Source: Octopus sinensis (lineage: Eukaryota). Taken from it: DNA of 64,000 nucleotides. The stretch's first letter is position 1. Each line of letters opens with the position of its first letter. A program made the translations under genes and the position numbers. The notes under the pieces were generated by a model that saw only the letters and a program-made list of their open reading frames with translations, had not been told where the DNA came from and ran no database searches. Of the stretch, positions 38,765-50,795 are shown piece by piece. The stretch lies in contig NC_043023.1 of assembly GCF_006345805.1 (NCBI RefSeq), forward strand, positions 2,976,001 to 3,040,000. Reading direction: 5' to 3'.

Positions 38765-38993
38765 TACCGGAGTAAACACATAAATGTGAAACAAGGGGGA
38801 AAAAAGAGTACTCAAATACCAGTGGTAGAGTAATATGCTTTATTTTAAGCAGCAGAAAATTCAACAAAATCTGTTACTCTGAGTATCTCGTTGCCGTTCA
38901 TCAGACAGTTTTAAAAACTGTCTGATGAACGGCAACGAGAAACTCAGAGTAACAGATTTTGTTGAATTTTCTGCTGCTTAAAATAAAGTATAT
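38765..38993. mobile_element. Fold-back HHR element: ~160-bp palindrome 38833-38993
   Basis: Arms 38833-38912 and 38914-38993 are near-perfect reverse complements. Confidence 0.85.
38918..38955 (+). ncRNA. Minimal type I hammerhead motif (mirror copy on the minus strand, 38871-38908, has GAAA>GATA)
   Basis: CTGT-CTGATGA-A CG GCAA CG A-GAAA-CTCAGA-GTA-ACAG; very short helix II. Confidence 0.6.
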
Positions 38994-39512
38994 ATATACA
39001 TATGTATATACATAAAAATATATATACATATATATATATATACATATAAATATATATATATATATATATATATGCATAAATATACACACATACATACATA
39101 TATGTACATATAAATATATACATGCATACACACAGATACATATATAAGTATATATATACATACACACACACACATATATATATGTGTGTGTGTATATATA
39201 CACACACACATATATATCCCAACTGTCAAGCTGCCAGACATGATCAAGCGGAGTGTTTATCTTGGAGTGTTCCCAATCCATAAACTACATCCTCTGGATT
39301 TTCATTCGATCTGTGTGTGTCCCAGGATTGGGGGAGGTGGGCAGGTTAGGGGTGGCGCTGACGGTAGGGATCAGTTATTTGGTAGATACTATAACATTTG
39401 TCTCTTACAGATCGATGGGGTAACCGTGTATATATCATCAACCTTTAATGCCTGTTGATGATATATATATATTATATACACACACACAAACACACATATG
39501 CATACATATATA

Positions 39513-39546
<34 letters not shown>

Positions 39547-39904
39547 TGCATATAAATATATATACACATATACATACATATATATACACATGCATATATA
39601 TATATGTATATATATTTATGTGTGTGTGTATATATATATATACATATATATATGTCTATATATGTATATATGTGTGTGTGTATATATATATATGTGTATA
39701 TATATATATATGTATGTATATATATATATATATGTATATACACATATATATATATGTGTATGTATATATATATATATATATGTATGTATATATATGCGTG
39801 TGTATATACATACATATATATATGTATACACACACATACATATTGTATACAATTATACATACGGATACATATGTATGTATACATACGTTGACATATAAAG
39901 ATAG

Positions 39905-39941
<37 letters not shown>

Positions 39942-39946
39942 TGTAT

Positions 39947-39978
<32 letters not shown>

Positions 39979-40344
39979 GTTTATATATATATATATACAG
40001 ACACAAATATATATAAGTGTCTGTGTGTGTGTGTAATTATATATATATATTTAGAGAGAGAGAGTGTGAGATACACATGTATTTACACGTATGTGTGTGT
40101 ATATATATGTTTGAGCATATGTGTGTGTTCATGTGTGTGTACAAACATTTTTCGTATTACTTTATATGACATATAATTTATTCATACAAATGAATATACA
40201 TAAATATATATATATATCTGTATACACACACACGTATATACACCCACATCAATATATACACTTTTTCGTTTTTCATTTTCTTCTGGATTAATATAGATAG
40301 AACGATTGATAGAGATAAAATATACATACATATATATATATGTG

Positions 40345-40389
<45 letters not shown>

Positions 40390-40474
40390 GTATATATTCA
40401 TATATATGTATATATATATATATATATAATATAATAATAAATATTAGGAATAAATCCAATGTCTCTAATAATAT

Positions 40475-40528
<54 letters not shown>

Positions 40529-40751
40529 ATATGTATGTATATATGTATGTAATATGTATGTATATATATGTGTATGTATATATGTATGTATATATGTATG
40601 TATGTATATCCGTAGAGGCATCAAAAGATATAATCTTTTGTTTTGGACTTGAAGAAGCTATCAATCTTCGGTAGCGCCACCTCTCTTTAGTCACATGACG
40701 CATGATCTATACTGCATGACGGTTCCCTTGTCTCTCTCCCTCACCACCTCT

Positions 40752-41406
40752 GGCATGGCTGTGTGGTAAGAAGCTTGCCTCCCACCCACATGGTTCCAGG
40801 TTCAGTCCTACAACACGGCACCTTGGGCAAGTGTCTTCTACAATAGTCTAGGGCTGGCCAAGGCTTTGTAAGTGGATTGCATAGACAGAAACTGAAAGAA
40901 GCCCATCATATATATGTATATGTATATATAGATGTAGGAGTGGCTGTATGGTAATTAGCTTGCTTACAAACCACATGGTTCCAGGTTCAGTCCCACAGTG
41001 TGGCAACTTGAGCAAGTGTCTTCTACTATAGCCTCAGGCCAACCAAAGCCTTGTGAGTGGATTTGGTAGATGGAAACTGAAAGAAGCTCGTGGTATATAT
41101 GTATCTATGGAGGCGCGATGGCCCAGTGGTTAGGGCAGCGGACTCGCGGTCGTAGGATCATGGTTTCAATTCCCAGACCGGGTGTTGTGTGTGTTTATTA
41201 AGCAAAAACACCTAAAAGCTCCACGAGGCTCCGGCAGGGGGGTGGTGATCCCTGCTGTACTCTTTCACCACTCTTTCTCTCACTCTTTCGTCTGTTGGCC
41301 TGCTCGCTTAGCCAGCAGGGTGGCGTCAATTGAAGGCTAAAACAATGCGAACGCATTGTGACCAACGATGTGTAGCAACATCTGATGGTCTGGTCGGTCA
41401 CATGAT

Positions 41407-41447
<41 letters not shown>

Positions 41448-41647
41448 TGTGTGTCTGTGTTTGTCCTCCCAACATCGCTTGACAACTGATGCTGGTGTGC
41501 TTATGTCCCCATAACTTAGCGGTTTGACAAAAGAGACCGATAGAATAAGTACTAGGCTTACAAAGAATAAGTCCTGGGGTCGATTTGCTCAACTAAAGGT
41601 GGTGCTCCAGCATGGCCACAGTCAAATGATTGAAACAAGTAAAAGAC
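40752..41647 (+). mobile_element. SINE family A pieces (40752-40910; 40930-41095 plus 41445-41647)
   Basis: Two heads; the second is split by a family B SINE. Confidence 0.8.
41108..41414 (+). mobile_element. SINE family B head with an alternative 3' tail
   Basis: TGGAGGCGCGATGGCCCAGTGGTTAGGGCAGCGGACTCGCGGTCG..; tail ends GGTCACATGATCACGTGA. Confidence 0.85.
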
Positions 41648-41669
41648 AATATATATATATACATATTTG

Positions 41670-42322
41670 ACTGTGGCCAGTTCTGGGGATGTAAACACAC
41701 TAACATTGGTTGTCAAGCAATGGTGGGGGGGGGGGGCAAACACAGACACAAATATAAATATGTATATATGACGGATTTCTTTTAGCTTCTGTCTACAAAT
41801 CTACAAGGCTTTGGTCAGCCTGAGGCTATAGTAGAAGATACTTGCCAAGGTGCCATGCTAAGGGACTGAACCCTGAACCATGTAGTTGGTAAGCAAGCTT
41901 CTTACCACACAGCCACTCCTGTGCCTAGATCACTCACTGAAATGTTTTTTATAAAATTATTTTACCATTTCCTATCTTGACATTTTTTTCCATATATTCT
42001 TTTACTTGTTTCAGTCATTTGACCGTGGCCATGCTGGGGCACCGCCTTTACTCGAGCAAATCAACCCCAGGACTTATTCTATTGGTCTCTTTTGCCGAAC
42101 CGCTAAGTTATAGGGACGTAAACACACCAGCATCAGTTGTCAAGCGATGTTGGGGGGACAAACACAGACACACAAACACATACACACACACACACATATA
42201 TATACCTATATACGACAGGCTTCTTTCAGTTTCCATCTACCAAATCTACTCACAAGGCTTTGCCCAAGGTGCCATGCAGTGGGACTGAACCCGAAACCAT
42301 GTGGTTGGTTAGCAAGCTACCT
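41670..42322 (-). mobile_element. Two SINE family A copies (41670-41927; 41997-42322)
   Basis: Reverse-complement matches. Confidence 0.8.
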
Positions 42323-42652
42323 GATACTTACCCTATTGATTCTTTTGTCAAACTGCTAAGTTACAGGGACACAAACACAGTAATACAGATTGCCAAACAA
42401 ACACAGACATTTTTACTTTTGTCTGTCATTAGACTGTGACACCACATTGAAGTGTTTTAGCCAAACAAGTCAACACCAGAACCACACTGAGGAGAAAAAT
42501 AAGTAAATATGATTTACATTAGTGTCTATTTCTTATTCGGTAGGTGGTAAAGCAATTAGCTGACCCTTGATTATAATTATAGAATATTTTATATATGATT
42601 GATTGATTCTAGTTTCAGCTTATGAGCTGTGGCCATGCTGGGGCACCGCCAT

Positions 42653-42830
42653 ATAGGGAGAATTCACAAAAAAAAAACAAAAGATGAAGGCAGGTGGTGT
42701 AGAAAACAAACAGATGTATTTGTATAACAGTCGGGAATTGAAAAAGTCTTTAACGTTTCAAGTCTATGCACTTCTTCAGAAAGGGACAGAGAAGGAAACA
42801 AGGAGAGGAAAATAAAGAATGTCAAGGAAT
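42653..42830 (-). mobile_element. HHR element family C with canonical core
   Basis: Minus strand CTTT-CTGAAGAA-GTGC ATAG ACTT-GAAAC-GTT-AAAG (42783-42748); helix II decayed. Confidence 0.6.
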
Positions 42831-43151
42831 CTAGGACTACATTATTTTAATGTGCAGTATGGTAGTTAGTATTAGTTCAACAGGTTAAGCGAACTGTTTG
42901 GCTTGTTAAGAAATGGAGGTTAGCAGCAGATATACGCGATGGTGATGGCGGTGGTAGAGGAGGTAGTGGTGTTGGTGGTGGTGGTCGTGGTTGTCATGAT
43001 ATCTGATAACTTTGCCAAGAAAAGGAATATCGATAGCAACAACAACAACAACATCAGTATCATCATCATCATCATCATTATCATCATGGTCATCATCAAT
43101 ATCATCATCATCATCATCAATATCATCATCATCATCATCATCATCATGGTC

Positions 43152-43192
<41 letters not shown>

Positions 43193-43479
43193 GGTCTTCA
43201 TCATCATCATCATCATCATCAACTAGATCAAGAACGGCAAACAGCAGTAAAAACAACGACAACAACAAGAGCAAAAATATCAAAGCTCCAGCCCTCATCT
43301 GACCCCACCATGCCCACCCCCTTCGACTGCTTTGTCTTAAGAAACTCTCTCCTCCTCTAACTCTCCTTCATCTTCTCTCTCATCCTCCATGTCACCCCCT
43401 CCTCCTTCTCTTCCTCCTACCACTCCTCATGGCACTGTTTGTAATTGTACAGAGGATCTAATCCATCAAAGTGTCATAC

Positions 43480-44250
43480 TGTGTGTGTATGTATTCGTGT
43501 GTGTACGCGTGTGTGTATGTATATGTTTCTGTGTGTATATGGGTGTGTGTGTGTGTGTACATATGTATGCATGCATACATATTTGTGAGTTTGTATGTGT
43601 GTATGCATGTGTGTGTGTGTGTGTATGTGTATGTTTGTGTGAGTGTGTGTGTGTGTATGTGTACATATGTATGTATGCTTGTGTTCAGTAGGTTTGTATG
43701 TCTTTATGTATGCATGTGTGTATGTATGTGTGTATGTATGTATGTATGTATGTATGTATGTATGTGTGTATGTATGTGTGTATGTATGTATGTGTGTACG
43801 CATGTATGTATGTATGTATGTATGTATGTATGTATGTATGTAGGTATGTATGTATGTATGTATGTATGTATGTATGTGTGTATGTATGTACGTATGTATG
43901 TATGTATGTATGTATGTATGTATGTATGTGTGTATGTATGTGTGTATGTATGTTTGTATGTATGTATGTATGTATGTATGTATGTGTGTATGTATGTTTG
44001 TATGTATGTATGTATGTATGTATGTATGTAGGTATGTATGTATGTATGTATGTATGTATGTGTGTATGTATGTACGTATGTATGTATGTATGTATGTATG
44101 TATGTATGTATGTATGTATGTATGTATGCATGTATGTATGTATGTATGTATGCATGAATGTATGTATGTATGTATGTATGTATGCATGTATGTATGCATG
44201 TGTGTATATATGTATGTATGTGTGTATATATGTATGTATGCATGTGTGTC

Positions 44251-44282
<32 letters not shown>

Positions 44283-45720
44283 TGTATGTATGTATGTGTG
44301 TGTATGTGTGTATGTATGTATGTATGTATGTATGTATGGTATGTATGTGTGTATGTATGTATGTATTATGTATGTATTGTGTATGTATGTAATGTATGTA
44401 TTATGTGTGTGTGTGTGGTGTATGTATGTAGGTGTGTATGTATGTATGTATGTATGTGTGTATGTATGTATGTATGTGTGTATGTATGTATGTATGTATG
44501 GATGGATGGATGTATATATGTATGTATGTATGTATGTATGTGTGTGTGTATGTATGTGTGTGGTATGTTGTATGTATGTGTATTATGTATGTGTGTGTAT
44601 GTGTTGTAGTATGTATGTGTGTGTATGTATGTATGTATGTATGTATGTATGTATGTGTGTGTATGTCTAGTATGTATGTATGTATGTATGTATGTGTGTG
44701 TGTGTATGTGTGTGTGTGTCTGTCGTGTATGTGTGTATGTATGTATGTGTGTATAGTATGTCTGTATGTGTGTGGTGTATGTATGTATGTATGTATGGTA
44801 GGTATGTATGCATGTATGTGTGTATGTATGTATGTATGTAGTATGTATGTATGTGTGTGTATGTATGTATGTAGTATGTATGTATGTATGTGTGTATGTA
44901 TGTATGTATGTATGTATGTATGAATGTATGTATGTATGTGTGTGGGTATGTATGTATGTATGTATGTCTGTGTGTATGTATGTATGTATGTATGTATGTA
45001 TGTATGTATGTATGTATGTATGTATGTATGTATGTATGCATGTGTGTACGCATGTGTGTATGTATGTGTGTGTATGTATGTATGTATGTATGTATGTGTG
45101 TGTGTGTATGTATGTATGTGTGTATGTATGTATGTATGTATGTATGTATGTGTGTATGTATGTATGTGTGTTGTATGTATGTATGTATGTATGTATGTTT
45201 GTATGTATGTATGTGTGTATGTATGTATGTATGTGTGTATGTATGTATGTATGTATGTATGTGTGTATGTATGTATGTATGTGTGTATGTATGTATGTAT
45301 GTGTGTATGCGTGTATGTATGTATGTGTGTATGTATGTATGTATGTTTGTATTTATGTATGTATGTATGTATGTATGTAAGTGGGTACATATGTTTGTGT
45401 GTTTTTTTGAGTGTATAGATATATGTATGTTTGTGTGTATGCGTTCTTGTATGTATATATATCTATATGTATGTATCTATGTATGGATGTATGGTGTATG
45501 TGGGTACATATGTACGCACGTAACATTATAAGGATGTTTGTGTGTGTATGTGTGTATGCGCAAATGTATGTGTGCATGTATAAATAAATTTATGTATGTA
45601 TGTGTGGATGCATGCGTGTATATATGTTTGTAAGTGTGTATGTATGTATGAATGTATGCAGGTATGTATATATGTACATGTATGTGCGTGCGTATATATA
45701 TATATACAGACACACACATA
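43480..45720. repeat. (TATG)n/(TG)n microsatellite
   Basis: Direct inspection. Confidence 0.95.
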
Positions 45721-45759
45721 CATACTCATACACACAACGACCAACATAGAATCAAGTAA

Positions 45760-47115
45760 CACCAGTCACACCAACACCATCTTAGCCACCTTCACCACTA
45801 CAACCACAAGCCCCACTACCACTACCACCGCCAATACCATCACAACTACCATCACCACCACCACCACCACCACCACCACCTTCAACATGACAACCACATC
45901 TACCAATACCATCACAACCACCACCATCATCACCACCACCACTACCACTACCAATACCATCACTACCAAGCTCCACTACCACCACCACCACCACCAATAC
46001 CATCACAAACACCATTACCACCACCACTACAGCCCTACTACCACCATTACTACCCCACCACCTTCACCACCACCACCACCTTCACTACCACCACTACCTT
46101 CATCACCACTGCCACCACTACCTTCTCTACTACTACCACCTTCATCCCCACCCCCACCAGCACCACCACTACCACCACTACTACCCCACCACCTTCACGA
46201 CCACCATCACCATCACCATAACCACCACCACCGTCACTACCACCACCGTCACTACCACCACTACCTTCATCACCACTGCCACCACTACCTTCTCTACTAC
46301 TACCACTTCACCCCCACCCCCACCAGCACCACCACTACCACCACTACTACCCCACCACCTTCACGACCACCATCACCATACCACCACCACACCACCACCG
46401 TCACTACCACCACCGTCACTACCACCACTACCTTCATCACCACTGCCACCACTACCTTCTCTACTACTACCCCACCACCTTCACGACCACCATCACCATC
46501 ACCACCACCACCACACCACCACTACTACCCCACCACCTTCACCACCACCTTCACTACCACCACTACCTTCATCACCACTGCCACCACTACCTTCTCTACT
46601 ACTACCACCTTCATCCCCACCCCCACCAGCACCACCACTACCACCACTACTACCCCACCACCTTCACGACCACCATCACCATCACCACCACCACCACCAC
46701 CACCACACCACCACCACCGTCACTACCACCACTACCTTCATCACCACTGCCACCACTACCTTCTCTACTACTACCACCTTCACCCCCACCCCCACCAGCA
46801 CCACCACTACCACCACTACTACCCCACCACCTTCACGACCACCATCACCATAACCACCACCACCGTCACTACCACCACCGTCACTACCACCACTACCTTC
46901 ATCACCACTGCCACCACTACCTTCTCTACTACTACCACCTTCACCCCCACCCCCAGCAGCACCACCACTACTACCCCACCACCTTCACGACCACCATCAC
47001 CATCACCACCACCACCGTCACTACCACCACCGTCACTACCACCACTACCTTCATCACCACTACCTTCTCTACTACTACTACCTTCACCCCCACCCCCACC
47101 ACCCCCACCAAACAA
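45760..47115. repeat. (ACC/ACT)-based minisatellite with higher-order repeats
   Basis: CTACCTTCATCACCACTGCCACCACTACCTTCTCTACTAC recurs at least six times. Confidence 0.9.
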
Positions 47116-47371
47116 CCACAGTTTTGTGAGGACTAAAAACACTACAGCTATTTTATTCTGAGTATAAAATAAATAAATAAACAAATAGACAAATACCAGA
47201 TTAACGAGGAATTATAATAACGATGTGGCTTTGTTGACTGTTTTACTGTAGATGTTGTTAACGTTACTGTTGTGGTGGCCGGTTTTTTTTTACCTCTTAG
47301 TCAGAGATGGAGCAGTGAATTGGCAACATTGTTAGAACACACACACACACACACATATATGTATACTCATT

Positions 47372-47786
47372 TACTCTTTTACTCTTTTACTTGTTTCAGT
47401 CATTTGACTGCGGCCATGCTGGAGCACCGCCTTTAATCGAGCAACTCGACCCCCGGGACTTATTCTTTTGTAAGCCCAGTACTTATTCTATCGGTCTCCT
47501 TTTGCCGAACCGCTAAGTGACGGGGACGTAAACACACCAGCATCGGTTGTCAAGCAATGCTAGGGGGACAGTCACAGACACACAAACATACTCGCACACA
47601 CATATATATATATATATATATACGACGGGCTTCTTTCAGTTTCCGTCTACCAAATCCACTCACAAGGCTTTGGTCGGCCCGAAGCTATAGTAGAAGACAC
47701 ATACCCAAGGTGCCACACAGTGGGACTGAACCCAGAACCATGTGGTTGGTAGGCAAGCTACTTACCACACAGCCACTCCTGCGCCT
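47372..47786 (-). mobile_element. SINE family A (full length)
   Basis: Reverse-complement match, head ends CCTGCGCCT. Confidence 0.92.
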
Positions 47787-47807
47787 ATATATATATATAT
47801 ATATATA

Positions 47808-47904
<97 letters not shown>

Positions 47905-48081
47905 AAGCAATAAGGTTTAGCAACGAGTTGCCTTACCACATACCGAATTTAGAAATAGCAGTCAAAGGGTTTAGCTATTTCTTCTACTAAAAAGGGAGAT
48001 CTCAGTAAAAAACAGCATTTGGAAGGCACAAACAGGTAAGAGAGAATGAATTGACTGCAATCTATCATACATTTTTTTAGT

Positions 48082-48199
48082 TATCCACGGACGTACGTTT
48101 CGAAATCAAGTTTAAGGAAAGCATACGAATTAAATATTAAATATTAAATAATAAATAATTCTATCTTACCGAAACTTCTTTTCTCTTCAGCGTAGAATA
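48082..48199 (-). ncRNA. Type I hammerhead ribozyme (inverted copy)
   Basis: Reverse complement of the motif at 49334-49452. Confidence 0.75.
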
Positions 48200-48733
48200 C
48201 TATAATCATAAATGATTATATATTGAATTTTGAGATACCAGAAGGCACCAACTCCACTCAGTATCAGAGCGAGCTAGAATCCGCAACTGGTATCACCGAA
48301 TTCAATTTGTGAATGAAACGATTGTGTCAACAGCCTTTTTAGTAGAAGAAATAGCTATAACCCTTTGACTGCTATTTCTAAATTCGGTATGTGGTAAGGC
48401 AACTCGTTGCTAAACCCTTATTGCTTAGTATTACTTAAATTTTCCTCGAATGAGGCTTTTACATGCCGAAGACTACTTGGTGTAATTGATAATTTTCCAA
48501 TTAATTAATTTCACCCTTCATTATTACGGATACCCATATTTTATCTCAGTAGATGACCACAGCATCTTGTTTTGGCTACACGCGGGTGGGAAGGGGCTGT
48601 TGACACACATCGTTTCATTCACAAATTGAATTCGGTGATACCAGTTGCGGGTTCTAGCTCGCTCTGATACTGAGTGGAGTTGGTGCCTTCTGGTATCTCA
48701 AAATTCAATATATAATCATTTATGATTATAGTA

Positions 48734-48854
48734 TTCTACTGACGCTGAAGAGAAAAGAAGTTTCGGTAAGATAGAATTATTTATTATTTAATATTTAATA
48801 TTTAATTCGTATGCTTTCCTTAAAACTTGATTTCGAAACGTACGTCCGTGGATA
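48734..48854 (+). ncRNA. Type I hammerhead ribozyme (4-nt insertion in helix I)
   Basis: CTGAAGA 48745-48751; GAAAC 48835-48839; GTAC; GTC 48844-48846. Confidence 0.65.
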
Positions 48855-49333
48855 ACTAAAAAAATGTATGATAGATTGCAGTCAATTCATTCTCTCTTAC
48901 CTGTTGTGGCTTCCAAATGCTGTTTTTACTGAGATCTCCCTTTTTAGTAGAAGAAATAGCTATAACCCTTGACTGCTATTTCTAAATTCGGTATGTGGTA
49001 AGGCAACTCGTTGCTAAACCTTATTGCTTAGTATTACTTAAATTTTCCTCGAATGAGGCTTTTACATGCCGAAGACTACTTGGTGTAATTGATAATTTTT
49101 CCAAATTAATTAATTTCACCCTTCATTTACGGATAACCATATTTTATCTCAGTAGATGACCACAGCATCTTGTTTTGGCTACACGCGGGTGGGAAGGGGC
49201 TGTTGACACAATCGTTTCATTCACAAATTGAATTCGGTGATACCAGTTGCGGGTTCTAGCTCGCTCTGATACTGAGTGGAGTTGGTGCCTTCTGGTATCT
49301 CAAAATTCAATATATAATCATTTATGATTATAG

Positions 49334-49452
49334 TATTCTACGCTGAAGAGAAAAGAAGTTTCGGTAAGATAGAATTATTTATTATTTAATATTTAATATT
49401 TAATTCGTATGCTTTCCTTAAAACTTGATTTCGAAACGTACGTCCGTGGATA
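49334..49452 (+). ncRNA. Type I hammerhead ribozyme
   Basis: Helix I TCTACG/CGTGGA; CTGAAGA 49343-49349; helix II GAAA-AG-AAGTTT/AAACTT-GA-TTTC closing an AU-rich insert; GAAAC-GTAC-GTC (site 49442-49444). Confidence 0.8.
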
Positions 49453-49959
49453 ACTAAAAAAATGTATGATAGATTGCAGTCAATTCATTCCTCTTACCTG
49501 TTTGTGCCTTCCAAATGCTGTTTTTACTGAGATCTCCCTTTTTAGTAGAAGAAATAGCTATAACCCTTTGACTGCTATTTCTAAATTCGGTATGTGGTAA
49601 GGCAACTCGTTGCTAAACCTTATTGCTTAGTATTACTTAAATTTTCCTCGAATGAGGCTTTTACATGCCGAAGACTACTTGGTGTAATTGATAATTTTTC
49701 CAAATTAATTAATTTCACCCTTCATTATTACGGATAATTATATATATATATATATATGTACACACACACACACACACACACATATGTATATATATATATA
49801 TATATATATTTAATGAAATGGATAAATGAATTATCTTGTTACGGATTATTCAAAATTTAACCGATACCTGTGTAGCAAAAATCACACCAGAAAAGACACG
49901 GTTGAGGTTACGACCATGGGGTTTCGCTCCCGTGCTTTAGCGCGGATAATTGAAGTTTT

Positions 49960-50095
49960 ATATGTTTAGTGAAGGGAAGAAATGGAGCCGAACGAAGATT
50001 CTACAAAATTCCTTTTTATTATTTTCTACACATGTGTAGAAAATAATAAAAAGGAATTTTGTAGAATCTTCGTTCGGCTCCATTTCTTCCTTCAC

Positions 50096-50103
<8 letters not shown>
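49960..50103. repeat. Near-perfect ~140-bp palindrome with no spacer
   Basis: Centre CTACACA|TGTGTAG at 50032/50033; arms TTTAGTGAAGG..GAGCCGAACGAAGATTCTACAAAATTCC and its complement. Confidence 0.9.
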
Positions 50104-50138
<35 letters not shown>

Positions 50139-50249
50139 GCACACACACATGTATATATATATATATGTACACACACACAAGACAGGCTTCTTTCAGTTTC
50201 CATCTACCATATCCACTCGCAGGGCTTTGGCTGGCTGAAGGCTATCGTA

Positions 50250-50522
50250 GATTCCTAAACGTTTTTGGGGTGCCGCCCCCTTGACCCCCAGGCCACATTC
50301 CTAGTGCCCCCCCCCACCAACCAACCATCACAAACACAGACCCCTTTCTGAAGCAAATTCAAAGCAACTGTGTTTTACAAATAAAACTTAACCTAACAAA
50401 CCCATTATTTTGTTACTTTTACATGAATCACTCCCATTATCACCCCACTTTTCTTCAAAGCCCTCTTGGAATTTTTCTACTGCCCCCAGCAGGAGCAATA
50501 CCACACAATTTGGGAACCACTG
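50250..50522. mobile_element. hAT-like MITE remnant
   Basis: Ends TTTGGGAACCACTG; degenerate left end ATTCCTAAACG. Confidence 0.4.
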
Positions 50523-50795
50523 CTCTACAATGTCAATCTAAAAAAAAACGACCCAAACATCAAAATCTCATAACTACATGATTAATTTAAATAAGTGTTA
50601 CATTTGACTATGAAATCTGAATGCAAAACGGTTAAACTGACCATATCTGGCCCAAATATTCTACGTGTCTTATAATAAAACTGGCCAGATGCAGCCTCTC
50701 ACACCAACCCTTCAACGTCATTCTAAAAACAAACAATCACATCGTTAAATCTCAAAGCCACATGATAATGCATGATTTAATTTAAAACAATGTGA

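Larger units (their letters stand above)
47903..49736. mobile_element. Hammerhead-containing ~598-bp tandem repeat (about 2.3 units, 48336-49736) with inverted partial unit (47903-48335); retrozyme/Penelope-like
   Basis: TTTTTAGTAGAAG at 48336, 48941 and 49539; left arm is the reverse complement of ~48596-49031; no ORF of 60 aa or more; (TA)n on both sides. Confidence 0.85.

Noticed and set aside
40610-40740. Short unique island as a possible coding exon
   Set aside because: No recognisable protein motif or clear acceptor/donor pair
41108-41182. tRNA-Arg gene
   Set aside because: SINE head; no proper acceptor stem or poly-T terminator, and it continues into the SINE body
42906-43302. Asp-rich/Ser-rich ORFs with a signal-peptide-like start
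   Set aside because: (CAT)n microsatellite with (AAC)n flanks; low complexity explains the pattern
45596-47161. 521-aa Thr/Pro/His mucin- or extensin-like ORF
   Set aside because: ACC/ACT minisatellite; the same unit appears in all three frames within the ORF, so no frame is conserved
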